A stretch of 63,709 nt of DNA, the filler included, from Licmophora abbreviata (taxonomy: Eukaryota), in the NCBI GenBank assembly GCA_900291995.1. It is 13 parts of 13 records of this genome, joined end to end, with 100 filler letters (N's around TTAATTAATTAA, not from the genome) between each part and the next. Parts side by side here need not be neighbours in the genome. Positions count along the whole stretch, not along the records: positions 19,713 to 33,877 come from OLMU01005092.1; 12 more parts are not named here. One strand, given 5' to 3'. Shown here in pieces: positions 22,670-33,977 of the stretch. Below the pieces are notes generated by a model. The model saw nothing but the letters and a program-made list of their open reading frames with translations. It was not told the origin of the DNA and ran no database searches. The translations under genes were made by a program, and so were the position numbers. Numbering within the stretch: the first letter of the stretch is position 1; each line of letters opens with the position of its first letter.

Positions 22670-24097
22670 ATGAACTTCTCCAAAATCCTCCTCCTGGGTT
22701 ATCTCTTTTCTGCGGTTACTCGCTCCGAGGCCGATCATCAATTCCAGCTGCGTCAGCTCAAGGGTACCAAGGAAACAAGAAGAATCGACAATGAAGAGAT
22801 GATGCCTGATCGCCAGCTGAACCGTGGTGCCACAACACAAGGGGCGCAAAGCAAGGAGAATGGGGACAAGAAACCCAGCAAGGATCCACTGCAAGAGGGA
22901 GGTCGGACCAGTGAACCCGTCACAATTCCGGTAGCACCTGGAGATCTCGGTATTCGCTTCTCCAAAGTCGAATGGGAAGATCCGTCCGCTGTGCCGATGA
23001 CGATGCAGCGTGCTTTGACCATGAACGACTTTCCTCTTTCTGGGGACTTGGCATACTGGGTAAGACAGTCAAAGTGTCCATCAGTCATTTTGGAAGAGGA
23101 CTGTAGGGAATGCGAAGTCCCCTTCGATACGCTTGTTCAGGCCGTTGGTGGCTATCCGTCTCATGCATCGAGCGACCCGAATGCCCCGTACTGGGTTGAG
23201 CTCCGAGAGGTGGCAAATGTTCAGAAATTACGGGAAGATGGTGCTGATCCGCATACTATCATGCCCTTGGCTGACATCTGGCAGCACATGAACATTGCAG
23301 AGGTCGCAGAGGCGGTTCACGACGAGGTAGGTTGGCACTTGCTTTGGTAACAGAGGAATATGCTCTTTTTCATTGAGAAGGCGAGCTCAATACTCATATT
23401 CTTTTTCAATGTCCTTTTCGCTACTGAAAAATGACAGATTCCGGGTATTCACCACATTACGCTCATACAGTCCCTTCTGGCGGAAGGCGCCCCGGTCGAC
23501 AGGTCGATCATTCCATTTAAGGGTGAAACTGAGTTTCTGCGCGGACCGGTCATGCTCGCGGACCTGAACACTTGGGCTATTGGCACGGTTGGTCCTCACA
23601 ACTTTGGTGTGAAGTATCACGTTGGGCGTGCTCGTCCTGAAGAGGTAGCATGGTTGATATCTCGGGGAGAGATTACTTCTGAGGTTGTTCCAGTGGATAT
23701 TGTCGATTGTATCGATGGAATGAACTTGGGAAAGGCGGTCGACTTTACTGCCTACCCGGAAGGCAGCCCGATGCATCCGTCGTGGCCTGCCATGCATTCC
23801 GCCGCTAGCGTTGGATCCTTGTGGCTGGCCGTCGTGATGGACTTGACGGAGGAGCAATGGTGTCAGGCCAAGCTGCTTGACTATGACATTGCGTATGCAC
23901 GGACGGTTGCAGGCGTCCATTACCCGACCGACAACACCGCTGGCCTTGCACTTGGACAAGAGATTCTGGCTAGGTACCTTCCTGGCCATCTTGCAGTGCG
24001 ATATGGAAGTGATAAAGATGTGGTTCGCCAGAAGATTGAAGAATATCGCTTCGATTGGAACACGTTTCTGGCTACTGATTGTGCCAAGAACGCATAG
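22670..24097 (+). CDS. Secreted vanadium-dependent haloperoxidase-like protein, copy 3
   Basis: Signal peptide followed by QLRQL. Intron 23327-23437. Same three catalytic motifs. Closely similar to copy 2. Confidence 0.88.
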
Positions 24098-24266
24098 ATG
24101 ATACACACAACATGAATATTCCCACTAGCATCCAAAGTGCTGTGCTGCGCACTAGCGGAAGCTAGAAGGAAATTGACGGAACTCAGGTGAGATGCTCTAA
24201 GCTATGAGGATAGTTGCTTTCACCAAACGGTGCTAATTTTTTTAAGACATATATATAGAGTTTACC

Positions 24267-25875
24267 TTAGTCGAACGTAATCTTGGTCCCCGAGAAGCCG
24301 CTAATGGCTCCACTTCGCTTGGCCTTGAACGAGTTATTGCTGTTGTTGCCGCCAAACCCACCACCTCCGCGACCACCAAAGCCTCCACCACGTCCTCCTC
24401 GGCCACGTCCACCACCTCGGCCTCCTCCGCCACGGCCGCGTCCGCCTCCGCGGCCATATCCAGAGTCGCCACCTCCACGGCCGCGTCCGCCGCCACCTCC
24501 GCCACCGAAGCTGTTTCTACGATCCGCAGCGTAGTCGACACGTACAGCGCGTCCCATGATCTCGGTACCTGCAAGTTCCACGGCCTTATCCGTGGCCTCT
24601 GACTCATAGTACTCTACATGCCCATACCCTTTGAACTCTTGAGTTTCACGATCGGTACTAAAGCGGATCATCTTGATCTCACCGCACTGTCCAAAGACTT
24701 CACGAATCGCATCTTCATCAACATCCCACGCCAAGTTGCCCACAAAGATTGTGCAGCATCCTTCTTCTTTCTGAGAAGGTCCACGGGGAGACATGATGGA
24801 CTTGGGGGTGGAGTACTTGATAGAGAGCCAGCGTCCGCTAAAGTCGTTTCCGTTCAATTCAATCGCTGCGGCAGCTCCTTCCACTGAACCAAAATCGATA
24901 ATGGCAGTTCCGGAACTGCGGCCGTCGTCCATGAGAGGCATTTCAACAGTGTTGCAGCCGTCTCCGCAGTTTTGAAAGAAATCACGAATCTCGTCTTCCG
25001 TAGCCCTCCAGGGAAGACCACGAATGTAGACCTTGGTGTTGGTAGCATCCGTGGAATCATCGACCGCGACACGCTTGGTGGGAGGACTGGAGGCAGCCTC
25101 GTCGTCGTTTGCCTTGCGCTTGTTGCTCTTCTTGTCTTCCTGCATGACTTCAGGGGGTACAGTAGACGACTGCGTGGAATCGTCCGAGGACGAGGAGACG
25201 GACGAATCGTCGTCCTTCTTGGCAGCCTTGGTGGGAGCCTCCTCTTCTTCATCATCACTACTGTCATCGTCAGACGAATCGGAGTCAGATGAAGAGTCCT
25301 CAGTCTCCTTCTTCTTGGTCTCTTTCGTGGGCACATCCTTCTTCTCCTTGGCCTCTTCCTCGTCATCCGAAGAGTCGTCATCATCCGACGAGTCGCTGCT
25401 ACTGCTGCTGTCGTCCTTCTTGACAACGGCAACCTTCTTCGTTCCTTCCACTGTTTTCGTGAAGGCCTTCACAAGCTTCACCGCTTCTTCTTCGTCGTCC
25501 GACGAGTCAGAAGACGAAGAAGAATCCGAGGACGAGCCCGACGACTCTTCCTTCTTGCTGTTGCTCTTCTTGACGACTACAGGCGCCTCGTCTTCCGACG
25601 AGGAATCGCTGTCAGAGGAAGACGAGTCGCTATCAGAAGATGACAATTCCTCTTCTTCGACCTGTTTCTTCTTCATCTTGACCTCCTCGTGTTTCTTTTT
25701 TCCCTCGCGGCTCTTCTTTTTGGCCTGTGGAAATTGGCGGCAACAGCACAAACTTGGGTGAGCGTGATGTAGTTTTTCCTTGACAATTCGACAGTCACCG
25801 ACTCGACTGAGTCCATCTCCTCTTAGAGACACAGACTCCACACACGAGTCTTACCTCTTTTCCTACGATAGCCAT
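24267..25875 (-). CDS. Nucleolin / Nsr1-like nucleolar protein
   Basis: Micro-exon MAIVGKE then intron 25854..25725. Acidic Ser-rich repeats, two RRMs (VYIRGLPW, IFVGNLAW, KGYGHVEY), RGG tract and terminal FSGTKITFD. Confidence 0.92.
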
Positions 25876-26204
25876 GATTCTTCTTGTTTCAATCACAAAC
25901 GATCGACTCAATGTGCTTGTCGTTTGTTCTTTGTTGTACGGTAGGATGAGTGAGAACGAAATGTTATTGTTTGTTGGCGCATCCAATTTCGGATTTGGAA
26001 TTGGAACAGGTTTGGTTGGCTGCGAGAGGATCCAAAAAAGATATGGTAAAGGTTCTACGTATATTGTACATACGATAGAATCAGTATAGCGATCGCGTTG
26101 AAATAGACGGCTGACGGCAAGACTTTCGCGCCAAACATCCACCGGCGACAACTAGAAAAAACAAACCGCCCCAAAAACTGATGGGACGATGACGCGACGA
26201 CGCC

Positions 26205-28325
26205 ATGCTGTTCGGCTACAGTTTCAAGCCCCCCATGAATGAAAAAAGGCTGGGTGCTCGTACAGTAGGTCTAAGACGGCCTCTGCGGAGACCTCTGCGG
26301 AGCGTTGTCAGTTGTGCTTGTCTATTGCTAGTAAAGTTTTCGGAGAGCAGTTTTGCTGCGGGTCCATCACAACCATCATCAGCATCCACCATTGCCTCCT
26401 TGCGCCAGCAGGCCCAAGCCTTTCTCGATCAGAGCGACCCTGATGCTGCATTTTCGGTACTCTCCGACATTTACAATTTAGATCCACACACACAGGGGCT
26501 CAACCGACTCTTTGAATCAGCATTGCACTTACGAATTCGCGTGGCGGATGATGATCAGAATGCCAATGCTCAAATTCAAGACCGCTTTGGTCTAGCATCC
26601 TTGTTGTTGGACCAAGAACGATACGAAGAAGCAATACCCTATCTTGTTGATATTACTCAAAAATTGGATCCAGGCAACGAACGTGCCTCGTGTCTATTGT
26701 TTCGAGCCAATGCAGCGTGTTGTCGGTGGAATGACTATACTAGGGACAGTGAGGCACTGCACCAGTCTCTGCGATTGAAAGAGCGCATTGACACGAGCAA
26801 CAGTTTCAATGACGTTCCTTCGGTGCACCCTTTTGAGGCACTCAAGTGGCCGTGTATCTCCTTATCAGAGGCGACGCAAATTGCTGTCTTGTATGCGCGA
26901 CGTGCAATTGGATCTGTGTCGGATAGTCTCATCCAGGATAAAGAGAGGAAGGCTCTTCTCGAAATTGAGAATGTCGAGTCGTTCAATGCTCCACCCGTGG
27001 TTACAGTCTCACGTGATAATAGTGGTGACCTGCCTTTTACGAGGAACAACTCGAACCGAACGCAGAAGACAAGAATTCGATTGGGATACATTAGTCCTGA
27101 TTTTACATCCAAACATCCCTTAGCATTCCTCATGCAAGATGTCTTTCGACATCACAATCGGGACGACTTTACAGTCCATCTGTATTCGCTGGCGTCCCCT
27201 GAAACATCTGACTCTTCTCCAGAATTGACAAACATTCGCAATGGCAGTGACTCCTTTACGTACCTTCCAGTCGGGGGAACGTCTCCCGAAGAACTTGCCA
27301 AGCGTATCGAGGAGGACAACCTTGACATTCTCATCGACCTTTGTGGTCACACGGGCACCATGGTAATGGCGCAGATACTGGCACTAAGACCAGCACCGGT
27401 TCAAGTTTCGTACATGGGGTTTCCAGGAAGCTCTGGAGCGGCGTACCATGATTATTTGGTGTGCGATGCCACAGTCGTACCGCCGCACTTGCGTTGTGCG
27501 TATACAGAAAGCATGATTTGGATGCCGCATTGTTACTTTGTCAACTCTCATGCAGCAGCTGCTGAGGCGTCATGCACGAATCGTATGACTGTCGGGGAGG
27601 TGCAGCAACTGCGACACGTGTATGGATTGCCTGTCGATGGGTTTGTATTTTGCTGTCACAGCCGCCCCGACAAGATTGATCCCGTCATTTTTCGAACATG
27701 GTTGAGAGCGCTGCGGCGGACACGAGAGAAGAATGGAGCAGCAGTTCTGTGGTTGTTGCGGTCGGGTGAGGAGATGGAACGCAACCTTCGTCGCATTGCG
27801 CTTGATGAATTTGATCTGGACGATGGTGCGTTGGTCTTTTGTGATATCTGTCCGCGAGACGAGCACCTTAAACGCCTCCATGCGGCGGACTTGTTCCTCG
27901 ACACACCCGCCTATAATGCCCATACGCTAGGATGCGACACGCTCTTTGCTGGGGTACCTATGATCACACTTTTGGTGCAACAACGTTCAGACGAGCCTGG
28001 TCGTTCAGAGAGTGATTCGGTGTTGTTGACTGACAAGTTGGCCAGTCGTGTGGGGGCGAGTCTGTTGTTGGCGGCTGGATTGGATGAGATGATTTGCTCA
28101 GATCTTGATACGTACGAATCTCAAATGGTGGCATGCGCCACAGAGAAGCGAGACTGGTTCCAAGGGGAGATTCGGCAGCGCCTTCGAGACAACATTTTGA
28201 CCTGCACACTCTTTGACACGAAACGATGGGTGAAAAACTTGGAAGTAGCTTTCCGATACGTTGCATTGCATTCAGAGGACAAGTCCCCTCGTGCGGACAT
28301 TCGAATCGCTGACCACGAACTATGA
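26205..28325 (+). CDS. Glycosyltransferase family 41 (O-GlcNAc transferase/SPINDLY-like) with short TPR region
   Basis: RIRLGYISPDFTSKHP, DILIDLCGHT, RPAPVQVSYMGFPGSSG, ADLFLDTPAYNAHT and ASRVGASLL. Confidence 0.9.
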   Translation: MLFGYSFKPPMNEKRLGARTVGLRRPLRRPLRSVVSCACLLLVKFSESSFAAGPSQPSSASTIASLRQQAQAFLDQSDPDAAFSVLSDIYNLDPHTQGLNRLFESALHLRIRVADDDQNANAQIQDRFGLASLLLDQERYEEAIPYLVDITQKLDPGNERASCLLFRANAACCRWNDYTRDSEALHQSLRLKERIDTSNSFNDVPSVHPFEALKWPCISLSEATQIAVLYARRAIGSVSDSLIQDKERKALLEIENVESFNAPPVVTVSRDNSGDLPFTRNNSNRTQKTRIRLGYISPDFTSKHPLAFLMQDVFRHHNRDDFTVHLYSLASPETSDSSPELTNIRNGSDSFTYLPVGGTSPEELAKRIEEDNLDILIDLCGHTGTMVMAQILALRPAPVQVSYMGFPGSSGAAYHDYLVCDATVVPPHLRCAYTESMIWMPHCYFVNSHAAAAEASCTNRMTVGEVQQLRHVYGLPVDGFVFCCHSRPDKIDPVIFRTWLRALRRTREKNGAAVLWLLRSGEEMERNLRRIALDEFDLDDGALVFCDICPRDEHLKRLHAADLFLDTPAYNAHTLGCDTLFAGVPMITLLVQQRSDEPGRSESDSVLLTDKLASRVGASLLLAAGLDEMICSDLDTYESQMVACATEKRDWFQGEIRQRLRDNILTCTLFDTKRWVKNLEVAFRYVALHSEDKSPRADIRIADHEL

Positions 28326-28413
28326 GGTCGTTTCACACGCTGGTAACACCTAAATCAGTCTACCAAAAAGACTGTGCAATTGTTCATGTGCATGATACTG
28401 TACAATCTAGAGG

Positions 28414-30330
28414 TCACACTTCCATCGATTCAGATTCCAGGCTACTTGTATGAAGTCGCATGATTTCAAGGAACTCGTCCCAGCTCACTCCGCCATCTTG
28501 ATTGAGGTCAATAGAGGCAACAATCTGTGATATGGTCTCCTCGTCTTCTCCGGCAGTTCGAAGGACCACACGTATCTCGTGAGGATCCAGAACACCATTT
28601 CCGTCCAGATCAATGGAATAGAATATCTCACGAAGCGCCTCTTCCGACAACTCATCGTTGATCCCCTCGGATTGTCCATTAGCAAATTTGTGATAGATAT
28701 CATTGCCGAATCGCAACTGCCGGTGGTACACGCGCACGTCCGGACCATCATCGAAGGCTTGCCGCATAATGGCTTTGAACTCATCCAAATCGATCGCACC
28801 GGATCCATCCAAATCAACGGACCGAAATATCTTGTACGCGTCTTCCTGTTGGACACCGAGATCGCGAAATGCTTCTTCGAGTTCCTCTGGTTGTATAAGA
28901 CCATCCCCATTGAGGTCCATACAGCGAAAGATCTCCGCTAGATTCCTGTCCGACAGAGTCTCACTGCTCCCATACTTTTTCAGTACCTCCATGCGGAAAC
29001 GCCTCTGCCAAAAGGCCTCCAATTTTCGGTGAGTGTCTTGCATGGTGTTCCTCCAGGACGCCGTCAGACCTTGCACCCACGGATGACAAAGGAAGGCGTG
29101 ACTCGTCATGCGCTTCTGCGGATCGGGATGCATCAGACCCTTGAGGAGCTCCACGCACGAGTCGCTCAAACCATCCATGCGTTCGTCAAATACAAGTTCC
29201 TTCAGAACGGTCATTCCATGTGATGGTGTCTTCCGTCCTCCTCCTACTTGACAAATCAAATCCTCAATTTCTTCATCCGTGGCAGTTCCATATTTATCAA
29301 ATGGATGAGTCCCCGTCAAGAGAATGTAGCAAATGCATCCTGTGGCCCACATGTCGGAAGCAGGAGTCGGAGTTGTCGCAGCCAAGACGAGTTCCGGTGA
29401 CCAATACGCAGTAGTTCCTCCAATAGCACTTTTGTGAATGTCCTCTGACTGCTCTTCCGACTGCTTGTCATCCTCCAGCAAGACAGCACATCCAAAGTCA
29501 ACCACTTTGAGCTGCTGCTGTTCGTCCGCAGTATCCGACATCATGAGATTTTCTGGTTTCAAATCACCATGCACTACACCTGCCGTAGTGTGCATGAAAT
29601 CGAGTGCTTCCGCATGTTGCCGTACAAACGTTGCCGCTTCTCCCTCACTGTAGGCTCCATTTTGAATCAAATGTTCGAAGAGCTCTAATCCGTGAATGAT
29701 TTCCATGGCCAAATAGTAGTTCTTACTGTCACTGTGCAAATCGACAAGTTGACAGATATGGGGATGTGCCTGTGAGGACAAGCGCTGGAGTGCGCGTACT
29801 TCGCGTCGAAACTCGTGTGGATCGGTGGCGGCTCGGTTCATGGTCTTGAGAGCGACAAGTCTGTGGTCCGACTTGCGACGAGCCTGTACGACAACCCCAT
29901 ACGCACCCTGACCTAGTATCTTTTCGAGCGTGTAGTGGTCGGATATTTGGAAGGACGCTTCTAAAGGTGCATTCGGCTTGGCTTCGCAGGTCGTGGTGAT
30001 GATGGTTCCTCTGTGGAATGATGATGATGGTAGTACAAGGAGAGGTCGTGCTTGTTCATTGTCGTCGTCGGTTGTCGTCGTATAGTACCACACGGCAGCG
30101 GAAAGAGCAAGAAGCGCCGCCTTTGGATAACAATGATGAGGTCTCGTCTGCAGTCTTGTTGCTGCTGTTGCACTCGGACTGCATGATGATGATGATGCTG
30201 TGAGGAGTCTCTTATTTCTTGCAGTCGAGCTCCTGTTGCTTGGACGACGGTACAGTGGATACAACACAGAACATCGCCGGAGACGACGAGAGCCGTCAGC
30301 AGTTGTGACTGCTCTTACTGTCGGCAGCAT
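28414..30330 (-). CDS. Calcium-dependent (CDPK/CaMK-like) Ser/Thr protein kinase with four EF-hands
   Basis: LGQGAYG, VALK, HGDLKPEN, DFG and DMWATG. EF-hands DLNGDGLIQPEE, DLDGSGAIDLDE, DLDGNGVLDPHE and DLNQDGGVSWDE. Confidence 0.93.
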   Translation of the reverse strand: MLPTVRAVTTADGSRRLRRCSVLYPLYRRPSNRSSTARNKRLLTASSSSCSPSATAATRLQTRPHHCYPKAALLALSAAVWYYTTTTDDDNEQARPLLVLPSSSFHRGTIITTTCEAKPNAPLEASFQISDHYTLEKILGQGAYGVVVQARRKSDHRLVALKTMNRAATDPHEFRREVRALQRLSSQAHPHICQLVDLHSDSKNYYLAMEIIHGLELFEHLIQNGAYSEGEAATFVRQHAEALDFMHTTAGVVHGDLKPENLMMSDTADEQQQLKVVDFGCAVLLEDDKQSEEQSEDIHKSAIGGTTAYWSPELVLAATTPTPASDMWATGCICYILLTGTHPFDKYGTATDEEIEDLICQVGGGRKTPSHGMTVLKELVFDERMDGLSDSCVELLKGLMHPDPQKRMTSHAFLCHPWVQGLTASWRNTMQDTHRKLEAFWQRRFRMEVLKKYGSSETLSDRNLAEIFRCMDLNGDGLIQPEELEEAFRDLGVQQEDAYKIFRSVDLDGSGAIDLDEFKAIMRQAFDDGPDVRVYHRQLRFGNDIYHKFANGQSEGINDELSEEALREIFYSIDLDGNGVLDPHEIRVVLRTAGEDEETISQIVASIDLNQDGGVSWDEFLEIMRLHTSSLESESMEV

Positions 30331-30714
30331 TCCAATTATGAAGACGATAAGTCAACTCTCTCTGTCTGTCTACTTTGGATCATGCGGTGTGGTCTTGGTG
30401 TGAACATTCATCGTCTTCTTCTTGCTTCTTCTTCTTCTCTTGTCGATGTGATGTTGTTGTTCCAAACTTGCAGAGCACCAAACTTCCAAACTTCCACAAT
30501 TTTGGCGGGAAGTGAATGAGTGCTTTTTGGAGCGCGCGACCTCGTGAATTATTTCATTTCTACTTCAGTTTTGTACTGAATCTTGTGTATGTACATGTAA
30601 TACTGAGATCTACGTTAACGTCTCGGATTACACAAAAAATGAAAAAGAGATGCAGTCACAATCTTGGTCAAAGGACCTCGTTTCTTGTATTACTCATATC
30701 AAAATGCATCTTAA

Positions 30715-32489
30715 GTGTTAAACAATCATTGCAATTTTGGTGCATTTCATGCCAAAGACAACGACGACAAGAACCTTCGTGCGCCGTGCCTGTTGGTTGT
30801 GAGTCTTTTTGCAGCGCTCGGTCTCGGGTCATTCATCACCGTCGTCGTTCTACCGGTCGGTTTTATGCGGCGTCGTTTGAGTAACAACGACGACCAAGAC
30901 AAGACGGCGACAAAGAAGAAGCTCTGGTCTTTGGTCATGTGGAAATCACGAAAAGACTTTCTGCTGGCGCAAGCCCAAGTTGCCGTCATTCTTGTCATTG
31001 CACACGTGAGTAGGAAGTCAAAAAGGAGTTTTATCGTACCTGGGTCGACTGTAAAACTAATTTATACTGTCTGCGTCTCTTCTTTACAGATTGGCAACAC
31101 GTGGCCCACTACCTACCCTCGCAATGACAATCACGACCCCCGTATGTTTTGGATTTTGAATGCCTGCTTTGGGGTGGCTGCCTTGGTGTCCCTGCGACAC
31201 GACGAGTCCTCCCGAGGCGTGCAGCTCTTGTCGCGTCCTCAAACGGAAGAATGGAAGGGATGGATGCAGACGGCCTTTATTCTGTATCATTACTATCGCA
31301 TGTATGCAGTCTACAATGAAATTCGGATCTTTGTCTCCTCCTATGTCTGGATGACGTGAGTAGACGGAATGTGTCCAGTGCTCTTTTCAAAATTGAGTCT
31401 TCTCACATCTCACCTCCTTTCTTATGTTCTCACAGTGGCTTTGGAAACTTCTTGTACTTTGACAAGAAGAAAGACTTTAGCCTGGACCGCGCCATTAGCA
31501 TGTGGCTGCGCATCAACTACTTTCCAATTCTCCTCAGTCTCTTCTTGAAGGTTCCGCTCGAACTATACTACGTCGTCCCACTCCATACAGCAGGATTCTT
31601 CATTACCATGGCGACCTGCAAAGTGGCATCTCTACTGAAAGAGTCTTCGTGGGGAGACTTCAACAGCAATCTCATGGCTGTCGCTCTGTGTTTGCTCGTT
31701 CATGTTGTCTTTTATGAAACGCCTCTCGTCGAGTCTCTCAAGTTCTTTTCAGACGAGTATCACTTTCGATTCCAGGCAGACAAGTACACGGCTTGGGTTG
31801 GGATTCTCTCGGGACTCTTTTGGTCCAGATTCAAGGACTTTATGAATTGGGCTCATGGCAGTGCCGTCAAGACTGTCTATCAGACGACGGCTATCTGGGG
31901 ACAACGAATCTGCGGAGTCTTTCTTTTATTCATTTGGTACTATGCATTTGGATACATGCAAGACAAGTACATGTACAATCCCACTCATCCATACGTCTTT
32001 TGGATGCCCGTCGCGGGTTGGTTGATGATCCGCAACAGCAGCAAGTACCTGACGGAACTCCATTCCACCGTCCTGGAATTCTTCGGCCGCATCACGTTGG
32101 AAACCTACGTCTTGCAGTTTCATCTGTTCATGTGCAAGAATGTACAACACATTCCTGTGGTCCTTCCTGGAGCGGATGCCAATGGACCGCTGTGGCTCAA
32201 GACGGCCAACATGTTGCTGTGCGGTGTGGTTTTTGTGAGTACGGCAGTGTGGGCGCGCAAGGTGACCATTACGACGCAAACGTCCGTTGTGGATCTTTTG
32301 ACGGAAGTGCGCAAGGGTCGAGCGTCGGGTGATGATGCGGATGACAGTAAGCCGACCTTGGAGGAACGAGCGTCGTTTCTGGAAAGCAATACGGATGAAG
32401 TTAAAAAGAACAATGGTGGCGAACTGGAGCTTGCTGGAGGGGAAGCTTCCACAAACAAAAATCTAGCTCCGCAGAAGGAACTGGTGTAA
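30715..32489 (+). CDS. Cas1p/CASD1/RWA-family polytopic O-acetyltransferase (3 or more exons, 5' end uncertain)
   Basis: LSRPQTEEWKGWMQ, YHY, YNEIRIFVSSYVWMT spliced to GFGNF, YYVVPLHT and FGRITLETYVLQFH. Confidence 0.88.
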
Positions 32490-32843
32490 ACTATCATACT
32501 ACGAAGTAAGATCCGTGACCTATCACTTTGCTATGTTCTAACTATGATGATGGGTGTGTCGATGAACGAATGGCGACAACTCGTTGATAGTACCGGTACC
32601 TCGAACCTGTTATCATGGAGAGCAACAACAGCTGGGACGCGAGTTTTTGTGCACCTTTGAGCCATGCTGGTACGAACTTGGAATTCGTAGTAGTCTACGT
32701 AGGAATAGTACTGAGTGTACGTTAAGATCGACGTTCGTACAATCCTACGGGACTCTACATAGAGGGAATCTGGCTTTTAGATTTCATTCATTCTGTTTGG
32801 CATCGCTGTGAAAGAAAGCGCTCGTCATCGTTGGTTCATCACC

Positions 32844-33402
32844 ATGACGTCTCTTCAGCTGGCTCGTAATGCACGAGAAATGTTCATTGCCAACCGACCA
32901 GCGACGCTGTATCGGGCCATTGTCAAGTACGTACGATGTTTTCAAATAAGAGCGAGAACTGAACGAGCATGCTGGGAGATGCAGCGGACCTGTTTAATCC
33001 TGCTTTTGCAAGATTCCGTGAATACCGAGATTCCCTTCTGGTGTTTGGAAAGTCGTCGTCTCGTTTTCTCTCACATGCTAGGATTGCAAACTTTTCACTC
33101 TCATCCTACCTTCTCTCAGGGAGATTCCTCGTGTCTTGGCGATTTACGACATTGACATGCCGGTTCCAGAGGTTCGAAAGGCTGTCCGTGGGATGTTTGC
33201 TGAGAATGAAACCGTGCGCGACGGACGGGTACTGGAAATGCTGGTGGAGAAGGGGTACATGGAGCTGGAGGAAACCTTGTTGCAGTACAAGCAGCGACCG
33301 CACTTGTTGGGTATGTTGAAAGAAACGGTTGTCTTGGAAGGAGCGAAACGCAAGAGATTGACACCGAATGCAACGATTGACGAACAATTTGATCGGGCGT
33401 AA
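32844..33402 (+). CDS. NDUFA6: NADH:ubiquinone oxidoreductase LYR subunit B14 (NDUFA6-like)
   Basis: Exon 1 ...ATLYRAIVK. Intron 32927-33119. Exon 2 EIPRVLAIYDID...VRDGRVLEMLVEKGYMELEETLLQYKQRPHLL. Confidence 0.85.
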
Positions 33403-33463
33403 GCGCCGTTGTAATCTCTACTTTTTAAGAACCAAAGGATTGAGAGTCTCCCGATACAACAAG

Positions 33464-33877
33464 TTATTCTTCCGCCTTGCTATTGTTGGTTGCAACATCC
33501 ATGATGTACCGCACAATGCTTTGTCGCAAGTCACGCAAGGCATCTCCCTTTTCTCGAGACTGTCGTCCCCGCACCAGCTTCCACAGCGCCTGCGACGCCT
33601 CCTTGGACGACACCAACCAATCGCGGCCGCTCGCATCCTCCTGCTCGACGGAAATGGGCGTCAAATGGACTCCCCTCAACCGCGCATACTTGAGATCTAA
33701 TGACTCGTTCTGCAAAAGACAGTCTGTCAATCTGGGACTCTGGTCAATCTCATCTTCGTCGAACTGAACAATCAAGGTGTAGGGGACGCGGTACCGCTTG
33801 TCGTCCTTTACGGCTTTCCAGAGCTGATCCGGGGTGGGATAGAATTCAAGTTCCTCCGACCGGGGGGTCAGTACGTT
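33464..33877 (-). CDS. 3' fragment of a hypothetical protein, truncated by the linker
   Basis: Plausible globular ORF ending in a stop at 33464, convergent on NDUFA6. No motif recognised. Confidence 0.4.
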   Translation of the reverse strand, partial: NVLTPRSEELEFYPTPDQLWKAVKDDKRYRVPYTLIVQFDEDEIDQSPRLTDCLLQNESLDLKYARLRGVHLTPISVEQEDASGRDWLVSSKEASQALWKLVRGRQSREKGDALRDLRQSIVRYIMDVATNNSKAEE

Positions 33878-33977
33878 NNNNNNNNNNNNNNNNNNNNNNN
33901 NNNNNNNNNNNNNNNNNNNNNTTAATTAATTAANNNNNNNNNNNNNNNNNNNNNNNNNNNNNNNNNNNNNNNNNNNN

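Noticed and set aside
24283..25761. Pro-rich and Ser-rich ORFs on the + strand
   Set aside because: They are antisense shadows of the nucleolin RGG and acidic repeats.
30715..32489. 'Cas1' name suggesting CRISPR-Cas
   Set aside because: The motifs are those of the Cas1p capsule O-acetyltransferase family, which is unrelated to CRISPR Cas1. No repeat-spacer array is present.
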